Made by a program: the position numbers and the translations under genes. Of a stretch of 64,000 nucleotides of DNA, positions 52,360 through 64,000 are shown piece by piece (the first letter of the stretch is position 1; the number at the start of each line of letters is the position of its first letter). The stretch comes from Octopus sinensis. Taxonomy: Eukaryota. Below the pieces are notes generated by a model. It was not told where the DNA came from and did not search any database. It saw nothing but the letters and a program-made list of their open reading frames with translations. The DNA lies in the NCBI RefSeq assembly GCF_006345805.1, contig NW_021837030.1:1-64000 (forward strand), written 5' to 3'.

Positions 52360-52562
52360 TACTACACAAGGTCCGAAATTTTGATGGAGGGGGCCAGTCG
52401 TTTAGATCAACGCCAGTACGCAACTGGTAGTTAATTTATCGACCCCGAAAGTATGAAATGCAAAGTCGACCACGGCGGAATTTGAACTCAGAACGTAATA
52501 ATGGACGAAATATCACTCAGCATTTTGCCCGGCGTGTTAACGATTTTGCTAGCTCATTGCCT
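52360..52562 (-). mobile_element. SINE family B2
   Basis: Reverse complement, e.g. tttatcgaccccgaaagtatgaaatgcaaagtcgaccacggcggaatttgaactcagaacg. Confidence 0.85.
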
Positions 52563-54033
52563 TAAAGCAACGAGAAATAATAAATGGTTTAAAATATAAG
52601 GGAAAATACCCACACAGTGGTTTATTAGAAAAACATAATAGATCTAATGCTTAGTAAAAACGAGTCTTTATGTCTATATGAATATAACCAACGGTAAAAA
52701 ACAAGCCTGATACATTACAGAGAAAGTACAGCATTTTCCATGTGGGACATGTAGATGTTTCGACGACTGTTCATCTCGTTAGCTGTTGAACCAATATATA
52801 GCAGCTGTTAATATCAAATATGAATTCTAAATATAAACTTCTGCTGTTATACAATTAGTGTACTAATTAATATCATTGGCAAATTATGACCACAATTTTA
52901 TAATTATTTTGCTGTAATTCAATTTCTTTATTTCTTTATTTAATTTCGTTCTATTTTATGCTATTTCACCGCCAAATATCGCAGTAATTTTCCAGTTATT
53001 AGGAGGATAGATTTGCGAAACTGCTCAATATGCAGTGGTAAAAGAAATTTAGTTTGGAGTGAATGAATGCAGACTTGGGAACGTGAGGCATACATTATTC
53101 TTTCTTCATAATATTTTTATAGTTAGGAAGTTCTGAAAAATGAAATGAATAAAAAAAATAGTTGGCTTTATTTTGTATCAAAAGTTATGTATCAAAAAAC
53201 AATATGAAGATTGTTTTATATTGCCATGGGATTTGCAGTTTGATGTGAAAAAATCTAACGTTTCGGAAAGATTTCGCTCCTCAGAAAAAGAGAGAAAAGC
53301 AAAGAGAGAGGGAGAAACGACGAAGAAAAAGGGGAAGAGAGAAAAGAGAAAATATTGGGGTTAGATCCACACAGGTCACAGAATTGAAGAGGAAACTTTA
53401 AGCAACACAAATAAAAAAACAATGGTTTCTAATTTTGGTAGAATGCCAGCAGTTTTGAAGGGAAGAGTAAATAAATAGCATCGAAACCAAGACCAGACTG
53501 GTACAATTTATCGAGTCCGGAGGGATTGCAGACAAAAGTGACCCCTGCGGAATTTGATCTCCGCAGATAACAAATGTAATAATATAAACATCTGGATAAT
53601 TTAATTAAAGACAAATCCTCGTTATTTTGTTTGCTTGTTTTTATTTTTTATTTTGCTTTGGTTTTGATTGTTGCTATTTTTGTTATTATTGTCTTTTTTC
53701 TAAAATTATTTTTTTCAAGATTCTTTGTACTTTTTTTTTTGTGGGAAAGCAGATTTATATGTGTTTCCTCATCGGACTAACAAAATATCAAAAATCTCTC
53801 AAAAGGAATTAATTCTTTTTTTATTATGAAATAAAGGGAAATAATTCTACTACAACAAAGAAAGAAAGAAAGAAAGAATCGAAGAAGAATGAAGAAAGAA
53901 GGAAAAATGAAAGAATGAAAGAAAGAATGAAGGAAAGAAAGAAGGAAAGAAAGGGTCAATGAATGAATGAATGAAGAAAGAAAGAATGAAGAAAGAAAGA
54001 ATGAAAAATGAAAGAATGAAAGAAAGAATGAAA

Positions 54034-54066
<33 letters not shown>

Positions 54067-54091
54067 ACGAACGAAAGAAAGAAAGAAAAAA

Positions 54092-54136
<45 letters not shown>

Positions 54137-54495
54137 AAACGATAATAAAAGCAGTCCCTCTTTTATTTCTTATATTTAATCTTTCACTTAATCATGCATT
54201 CCAAATAATTATCATTTCCTCTTTCCTGAATGAAAGCTAATATGCAATGTTCTTTACTAAAGATCTGCTATTTGCCTCGTTTCATTTAATGCTAAAAGCC
54301 TCCTCAATGACAAATCTGTGATAGAAAAGCAGACCATTGCACGACACCTTTTCATGATTTTAGCAACCAGTAATTAGATCTTTTAATTCAAAGAACCAAC
54401 CAAAAGATTTAAAAGCAAAAACATTTATTTGTATATTTTTTCATTTTTTTTTATTATTAAACTTTATTAGAAAGAGACAGGAGGATTTTTTTTGT

Positions 54496-54899
54496 GGCGC
54501 AGGAGTGGCTGTGTGGTAAGTAGCTTGTTTACCAACCACATGGTTCCGGGTTCAGTCCCACTGCGTGGCACCTTGGGCTATGGTCTTCTACTATAGCCTC
54601 TGGCCGACCAAAGCCTTGTGAGTGGATTTAGTAGACGGAAACTGAAAGAAGCCTGTCGTATATATGTATATATATATATATATGTGTGTGTGTGTTTGTG
54701 TGTCTGTGTTTGTCCCCCTAGCATTGCTTGACAACCGATGCTGGTGTGTTTATGTCCCCGTTACTTAGCGGTTCGGCAAAAGAGACCGATAGAATAAGTA
54801 CTGGGCTTACAAAAGAATAAGTCCCGGGGTCGAGTTGCTCGAGTAAAGGCGGTGCTCCAGCATGGCCGCAGTCAAATGACTGAAACAAGTAAAAGAGTA
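54496..54899 (+). mobile_element. SINE family A, full length
   Basis: Near-identical to 24544-24954. Confidence 0.95.
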
Positions 54900-54962
54900 T
54901 AGCTTTTATGGTTTATAGGAGTATTTTAATTATTTGAGTACAATAAATAAATAAATAAATAA

Positions 54963-55402
54963 GCGTAGGTGTGGCTGTGTGGTAAGTAGCTTGCTTACGA
55001 ACCACATAGTTCCGGGTTCACTCCCACTGCGTGGAACCTTAGGCAAGTGTCTTCTACTATGGCTTCAGGCCGACCAAAGCCTTGTGAGTGGATTTGGTAG
55101 ACGGAAACTGAAAGAAGCCCGTCATATATATGTATATATATATATATATATATGTATGTATTTGTGTGTATATGTTTATGTGTCTGTGTTTGTCCCCCCC
55201 CCCAACATCGTTTGACAGCCGATGCTGGTGTGTTTACGTCCCCGTAACTTAGCGGTTCGGCAAAAGAGACCGATAGAATGAGTACTGGACTTACAAAGAA
55301 TAAGTCCTGGGGGTCGATTTGCTCGACAAAAGGTGGTGCTCCAGCATGGTCACAGTCACATGACTGAAACAAATAAAAGAGTAAAAGTGAGAGTAAAGAG
55401 TA
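54963..55402 (+). mobile_element. SINE family A, full length, tandem with the previous copy
   Basis: Same architecture, more diverged. Confidence 0.9.
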
Positions 55403-55557
55403 AATAGATAAATAAATAAATAAATAAATATGTTTTCTGATGTTTTGTTCTGTCCACATTTGTTCCAAGTCAAATTACACAAAGCGATTATGCCTTTCCT
55501 TCTTATGGTGATCGATAAATCAAATCAATAAACTAGTCAAGTAGTTAAGTTATGGAT

Positions 55558-55655
55558 CTCCGTCCGTTTCGACGAAGTGTATTATTCAGTTGTTTGATCA
55601 ACTGAATTACTTGCTCATTGAATTAACGTGTACCTGGCTGGGTGTTCCACAGATA
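55558..55655 (-). mobile_element. C1 tail fragment
   Basis: Reverse complement of the C1 3' end; keeps the hairpin attcagttg/caactgaat. Confidence 0.6.
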
Positions 55656-55760
55656 TCATGTTCCTGGCTGGTTGTAGTGCCATAGTCTCTTGTTTTCGTC
55701 TCTTCCCTTCTTTCCATTTCTCCTCTCTCTCTCTGTCACTCCTGTATGTCTAGAATATAC

Positions 55761-55795
<35 letters not shown>

Positions 55796-55984
55796 AATTA
55801 TACTTTTGTATTCATAAAACATGCGTATATTTATTTATGCATATATGTGTGGTGTGTGTGTGTGTATAGAATGTATATATATGAATTATACTTTTATATT
55901 CATATATATAACATATGTAAACTTATATATGCATGTGTGTATATGTATATATGTATGCATATTATGTATATATCTACGTGTCTG

Positions 55985-56290
55985 TGCGCGCACACATACA
56001 CACGTACACACACATACACACACACACATACACACACACACACACGTACACGCACAGACACACACACACATACACACACACACACACACGTACACGCACA
56101 GACACACACACACATACACACACACACACACACGTACACACACATACACACACACACATACACACACACACACACACGTACACACACATACACACACACA
56201 CATGCACACACACACACACGTACACACACATACACACACACACATACACACACACACACACACGTACACGCACAGACACACACACACATG
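55985..56290. repeat. (CA)n compound microsatellite
   Basis: Direct inspection. Confidence 0.95.
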
Positions 56291-57396
56291 TATATTAATA
56301 TATATTTATATATGTGTGTGCGTACGTATGCCTGTGTATGTATGTATACACCATCACCGTTTTTGAATAATTTAAAGCGAAGTGGCGACTAAAAGTAGGT
56401 TAAATTGATATAGTTAAAAATACATATAATGTATCCTTTACACAGATCTGTGTAAATGGGTACGAAAAACCCTGCAACACAGATCTGTGTAAATGGGTAC
56501 GAAAAACCCTGCAAATAAAAAGAATTACACAGCAGATGAAGAAAGAGAACCTTTGTATTAAAATGAGTCTAACACAGCAAAGATTATAACAACTAGAGTA
56601 TATTATTTATTAGAAGTTTAACTACTTGAATCTGGTTCAATACGGACGAAGTTCCTTTTTTTTTTTTTCTCTCTCTTTTTCATATTTTTCTTCCAGAATA
56701 TTCAGCGTCAGATTCTCTAATCTAGTTTGGTTCAAAACCAAAGCACGAAACTTATCCTTGTAAAAACACACAAAGGATTGGATAGGATTGAGATTTTACT
56801 TCCGAAATGACTATATTTACCTTAATAAATCGTACATTAATGACAGAATCAGGACAATAACTTCCTTGGGCACCAAGTCTTTGAAAATCTAAAGTAGGCT
56901 AAAGCTGAGTTTCTGCACTTGTCCAAATGAGGATTTCCTTAAATCTGCTAAATTCTGCTAAATTCCCAACCCATTCTCAAATATATAAGCCAAGAGATAT
57001 TGATTTTTGATTCATGCTTAAGGCTGCAGTTTTAGTCAAAATGAGATTGTGTTAAGGTACTGTTGACATATTTTAGAGTAAGGTAAAAATGGAGGATTAT
57101 TCGACGTTAATACGTTTCTGACAGGTGATTGCGTTTGTAAATGAAATGAAATGAACTGAAATGGCTTCAACTAGGAAGCGAAATATTAATCGTTGCAATA
57201 TTAGTTTTCTCCAACCATAGCTATATAGACACACAGACACACAGATACACAGACACACACCTATATACACACTCTTACATCCGCACTAATATGTAAGTGC
57301 GTAATGAGTGTGTTTGTGTGAATATCAGAAAAATATGTGTGTATATTTGAGTGTGCATGTGCGTGTGTGTGCGTATTATATGTGTAATAGATATAC

Positions 57397-58360
<964 letters not shown>

Positions 58361-59074
58361 ATTTGCACTACTTCACAATTCCTTTTGGAGTGCCCCATCC
58401 CGGCCACTCTTATAAGTCTATACAACACTCCAGAATTATTCCCATCTTATATTATTTCGTTTTCTACCCGGGTAACCTACTCCTCCAGATGTTAACAGAA
58501 CATAACCTGGACTTCCAATACCCCTAACGCAGAAGTGAAGATGAACTTGAAAGCATGTATGAATTTCCTAGCAACTGACAATGTGAATGAGATAGATTAG
58601 GCAAGAAATGTATTCAATTACATGTTGATTCATACAGGGTGTTTGGGGTAGACTTTGGCAATTTTTTTATGCCTCCAGTTTACAGGTCGGCTTGATATAT
58701 TAGCGACGTATCACTCTTTATTTATTTATCCTTTTCACGCATATTTTTACCTCATGTATTTCTTATTTCTGTTATAAATAATCTATTGATATGTCCTTGG
58801 CTTGGTGTATTTATTGTGTTATGTGTTTTATAATTGATGTAAATCATAACTATAGGATTATTATCTAAATTTTGTCTCTTCTTGAAGTTATATAATGTCT
58901 AACCTCTCAGGTCGACCTGAGCACTTTCAAGCAATCGTTTGAAAAACTTGGTTCCTTGGCTCCTTTGAGCACTTCTTACAGATTGCGAACGTATGAAGAA
59001 ACAATTTTTAGGTATATCTGCCAAAAATATCCTAATATAACCGAGGGATAAGTATATTGAAGATCTTCGGCAGT

Positions 59075-59260
59075 ACTTCTTACAGCTTGAATTCTACAAG
59101 GTATGGACTTGTTCAAAGTTTGAATTGTTTCCAAAGTAATTTTTGTCTATTCTCCAGCTAAAACAGACACAACAGTTTTTGTTGAATATAGGTTCTCGGG
59201 GTGGCAATTAAGCTCTGCAGTAATTTTGGGAGCTGTACTTTAATGGTGGTATCCTACAAG
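59075..59260 (-). mobile_element. Tc1/mariner transposase remnant, internally deleted
   Basis: The minus strand gives STAPKITAELN..STKTV (N-terminal region) joined to GE*TKITLETIQTLNKSIPCRIQAV (Tc1-type C-terminus). Confidence 0.55.
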
Positions 59261-60057
59261 AACACAGCTAAAAGTACTACATCAGGGCAATGAGCAATTA
59301 TTATATAGATAGATTAATGTGTAAAATAGAAAGCTTTTCAAATGCATATATACGTAGGTATACATACATATATTCTTTATTCTTTTACTTGTTTCAGTCA
59401 TTTGACTCCGACCATGCTCGAGCACCGCCTCTAGAATATGAGGGGTTTTGTTCACTGATGATCTAAAACAATGGGTACGCCGCGTAAGTGCTATAAGTGG
59501 TCATCCGTCAGGTTCCAAGTTCGCAACTGATGCCGGAGCTAGGGATCCGAAGTAGGTTTCCGAGTCAGAAGGTATGTATTAAAGGAAAATGGAAAACAAA
59601 ACCAAGGCAGAACGAGTATCTTTCCTACATAGACACCGTGTTGCTAATGGCGGAATACCCAGTGTATGGTGATGTTGACCCATCACCTGGGATATGCCAG
59701 AAACAGCTGTAAGACATTAATTATTTCTATTTCTTTATTTTTTTACTTACCTTACTCTAATTAAATATTCTAGAGGATCTGAGATACTCGTTGGGCCTTG
59801 GTTTTGTTTTCCATTTTCCTTATATATGTGTGTGTGTGTGGTGTGTGTGTGTGTGTGTGTGTGTTGTGTGTAAGTATCCGGGTATAGGTGTTTGTGGTCT
59901 GTGTGTTGTGTATATATATCTATGCATCTGCGTGTTTGATCATCGCATGTGTGTATGTGTGTTTGTGTGTGTAAGTATCCGGGTATAGGTGTTTGTGGTC
60001 TGTGTGTTGTGTATATATATCTATGCATCTGCGTGTCTGATCATCGCATGTGTGTAT

Positions 60058-60096
<39 letters not shown>

Positions 60097-60653
60097 GTGT
60101 GTGTGTGTGTGTAAGGCAAAATGCTTACATTCAGGATATGTCGTTGAGATGTTTGGCTCATAGCAACAACTTCAACAACCCTAACATCACCACTGCCTCG
60201 AATACTCCTATCAACGACTATAAGTATAATACCTAAACGAATGAACCTGTATGCCTTCGGTAAAAACTGTCAGAAATGGCAGTTAAATCGGCATTAAATC
60301 ATATTTTATCGTCTTAACAAAAAAGGATATATTAAATAAACATATAAGTATAGAAAAGCTAACCCTGAGAAGAGACGAGTTGCTCTTGGGTGAATTTCCT
60401 TTCGCCATAGATCTCTTAGAAAAGTGCTGATATGACCCCCCCCCCCCAAAAAAAAAAAAACTACAATAACGCAATACAACATAACTTCACTTTTCCTATT
60501 ATTTTAAAGAGACATATCGCTTCTAACTATTCGCACCAACTCATTCCTTGCTGTCGGAATTTTAGCATTGGAGAAGTCTTATCGCTCAGGAAAAAATAAT
60601 TATAAGGTTATCACAGGAAAGCATTATGTGTACATATATATATATATATATAC

Positions 60654-60698
<45 letters not shown>

Positions 60699-60840
60699 TC
60701 TCTATCTATCTATCTATCTCTCTCTATCTCTCTCTGTACATATATATATAGATATGTATGTATGTATATGTATATATATACACACATGTATATATAAATA
60801 CATATATATATATGCATGCATATATGTTCCTCTCGACCAC

Positions 60841-60887
<47 letters not shown>

Positions 60888-61921
60888 TATATAATATATA
60901 TATATACATGCATACATACATGCATGCATGCATACATACATATACACACACATATATATCAATTAGGAATGATTGATTAGCAGCTATAAAATTATGAATG
61001 ACCGACCGATAGCCAACCATAAAACATTCTCATAAAATATACCTCTGGGAAAGAGGAAGAAAAAAATAACATTCATGTATCTTCTCTTCTTAAAACACAT
61101 GTCTTAGATACTCGTGCAGCACAGACTAATTTTGACGTTCTGTCCGTCAACAAGTCTCATATATTATCATAGTTTCAGTTTTATTGTCTGAAGTTTCTCC
61201 CTTGAGGAACGGTGAAGATGAGTGAGAAATTACAAGCGGAGCACTGAGAGATTAATCGTTGCTGTCTATATTTTAGTTTCAAGCTTCCCCACCCTCACTC
61301 TCGATTCCGAGTTCAAATTCATGTTAGAACTGACACTGCTATTGGTTATATTGTGACTAATAAAATTATTCTACCAGGCAGGTACTGAAATCCGTTCGAT
61401 CAACTATTCTTTTTCCCTAGAAATGTATATTTTTGAGTGGAAATTAAATATATTTTGTTCAACTGATTCCATGAAGACTTCATTTTTTTCATCTCTCCTG
61501 CAGTGACCAACGGCTTAGTTTGTTATTATATTTAAAACTTTACTTTTTAATTCTTTGATTTTTTTATCTTAATTTGCTATGCAACACCAATGTGCTTGTC
61601 AAAATGTCTCGCAGTGTTTAATAATGTCTCTTTAATTTAATGCCTCTTATTCTTTTATGTTCGAGAATATAAACAAGCAATTTGTATGAGTGATATATTT
61701 CTTTAAATACGCTAGTTTTTTACTGCTACTAATGTACAAAATTCTACATCTTGTTAGTAATTCTTTTAGTGTCATGTTCCGCAAGTTACTGCTAAGACTC
61801 TACCTTACTAAGATCTGATAGGTTTCAGACACAGTTACCTCACGTATTTGCACCGTCGTCGTGATCATCATCATCATCATCATCATCCCTACCACCACCA
61901 TCATCATCATCATCATCATCC

Positions 61922-61952
<31 letters not shown>

Positions 61953-61984
61953 TATCATCATCAATCCCGAGACATTACTGTTTG

Positions 61985-62205
61985 GAGCCCCCGGGTTCAT
62001 ATAGCCGGTTATGCCGTTTCCATGGCGTATAAGTGACCCTGAACACAACATTCTCGCTGAAGGGGACGCCAGTTGGTTACAGAGTTATTCATTCACAGCT
62101 GAGTAAACTGAAGCAATGTGAAATGAAATGTCTTTACTCAACAACACAACACACCTCCAGTCGAGGAATCGAAACAATGACCTTTCGTCCAACACTCTGG
62201 CTACT
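61985..62205 (-). mobile_element. CORE-type SINE family F, diverged
   Basis: gctgagtaaactgaagcaatgtgaaatgaaatgtctttactcaa..ggaatcgaaac. Confidence 0.75.
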
Positions 62206-63616
62206 AGACCTAGACCCGGCGCCTTCAGTCTTCATATTTGCCGAATGATTTAAAATAATATTTATCATTGAGTTAATGTTATCCGTTCTGTACGAAATAA
62301 TTATTTCTAATTGTTTTTTCCTCGCTTATGTAATATAATGAACTTGAAAATATCAAACAGTTAAGGCTATCCAAGCAAATACAAAAAAACGCTCCATCTA
62401 TGAGTATTTTAAAATCAAAAACCAAATTCTTATAATGTCTAAAAGGAGTTTTTCTCTACTAAATGCTAAGATAAGTTTAGTCCGTAGAAGGCTTTTTTTT
62501 TCAAACAACTATCTTACCTATGTGTCTCCAGAATGTTCCGCTGGGATATTTTCCCTCGAGAAGGTCCCGCTGAGGTATTTTCCCTCTCTATATCAAAAAC
62601 CATATCATATATCATTTTTAGCATATATCTAATGCTAAAAGCGATATAAGATATCTTTTTTAGCATTCGTTTTTAGCATAGAGAGGGAACAGTCGATTAT
62701 ATCGATCCTATATTTTATTGGTACCAAAACATCAAAGTCGACCTTACCACATTAGTGTATCTAATAGGGGAGCTCCCCATAAGTATATTTTTCAAAATTG
62801 ATGCCCTTTCGACAATTTTTTTAACTCTTTATTTCACTTGTACTATAAAAGTCGAATCCACTTTTTTATGTTAGTCGTATGGCCTTCGTAGAACTTTACT
62901 ATTTTATTTGACCAACTTCCCGTGTTTCCGAGCTATCTGCTCGATCTTCCGCGATGTGTTGATGGCCGCTGACATCTGAAGAGCCAAAACAAATTTTGAC
63001 CTCGTAACTTGTCGACACTGGACGATCCCGTGATGCTTCAGCCTTTTTTCACACCTGTATCAGTACTTATAAATTTCATACATAATAACTATTACTGAAA
63101 CACGAAATTAATGAATGTAGAATGCAATTACGTATATCATAACTAATTAAATATTTCGCGAAATATAAGAGAGATGATTTAAAAACTGTCTGCTATGTTT
63201 TCACGACGCCTTTTGTTTGTTTGTTTTTTTGTTTTTTTTTTTGTTCTTTGTTTTTTCTTAGAACCTGGTCTCGCAACTGCGTCTCCGAGACTTGAAATTA
63301 GAACATAAAGAATCGGATTAAATCTAGGATCCTTCGTATCTCGATAACACATCTTTATTGGCAATTGATTGTTCCACTTGTGACATTGAGTTTATGTTCA
63401 TATATTATATATCTTTAATATTTTTTACTAATTACCAAAATCGACATATTACTTAATTACTTAGTGCTTTATTAGTCACATGTTCCATTATAAGATTTAA
63501 TCTGATCAAAATTGACTTTGTGTTACCACTACAGGTCAAATAATTCTTTTGAATTTTGGCATAAGGCCATAAATTTTTAGAAAGACAGAGCTTAGCTATT
63601 AAAAAAAATAATAAAT

Positions 63617-63863
63617 GCGCTCTTTTAAAGCCTATACAGGCTCATGGGCCCGGTTTCCCGGTTTTTATGGCGTATGTGTTCCCCAGCTGGAGGGGACTCC
63701 AGTTCATAGCAGCGTTACTCATTTTTGCCTGCTGAGTGGACTGGAGCAACGTGAAATGAAGTGTCTTGCTCAAGAACACAACGCGTCGCCCGGTCCAGGA
63801 ATCGAAACCACAATCTTACGATCATGATGCTGCCCCCCTAACCCCTAAGCCACGCGCTTCCAC
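63617..63863 (-). mobile_element. CORE-type SINE family F, full length
   Basis: The minus strand has head gtggaagcgcgtggcttag..ggtttcgattcc, CORE-like ttgagcaagacacttcatttcacgttgctccagtccactcag, and tail ccgggaaaccgggcccatgagcc. Confidence 0.9.
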
Positions 63864-63870
63864 AAAATAT

Positions 63871-64000
63871 GAGAGCCCTTTTAAAGCCTAGCCAGACTCA
63901 TGGGCCCGGTTTCCCGGTTTCCCGGTTTCAATGGCGTATGTGTTCCCCAGCTGAGTGAACTGGAGCAACGTGAAATGAAGTGTTTTGCTCAAGAACACAA
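63871..64000 (-). mobile_element. Second family-F SINE, tandem, cut by the window edge
   Basis: Same tail and CORE-like segment as 63617-63863. Confidence 0.85.

Noticed and set aside
62767-62778. 12-bp palindrome ggggagctcccc
   Set aside because: Isolated, with no matching partner end or TSD; compatible with chance.

Overview
AT-rich, repeat-saturated eukaryotic DNA. The SINE families and microsatellite load resemble an octopus (cephalopod) genome; this is from recall and needs BLAST confirmation. I find no intact host protein-coding gene, rRNA, true tRNA or CRISPR array, and most ORFs in the track are translations of microsatellites. The window is an intergenic or intronic transposon graveyard. 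It holds about 35 copies or fragments of several tRNA-derived SINE families (my working labels A, B1/B2, C1/C2/C3, F), decayed LINEs (RTE x2, CR1, Tx1/L1 x3, R4/Dong-type RLE x2), a Gypsy integrase with a probable 3' LTR, Helitron/Helentron-like non-autonomous elements and a Tc1 remnant. Five observations stand out: (1) a modular SINE system in which one tRNA-Arg-like head carries three different tails and one tail is shared by two heads; (2) two R4/Dong-type elements embedded in (TAA)n, with a TAA landing-pad cluster at 39.4-41.5 kb; (3) a four-unit SINE array bounded by one target-site duplication (TSD); (4) several closely spaced inverted SINE pairs that could form dsRNA; (5) a candidate minimal hammerhead ribozyme core. 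All alignments and translations were done by eye, so boundaries are approximate.
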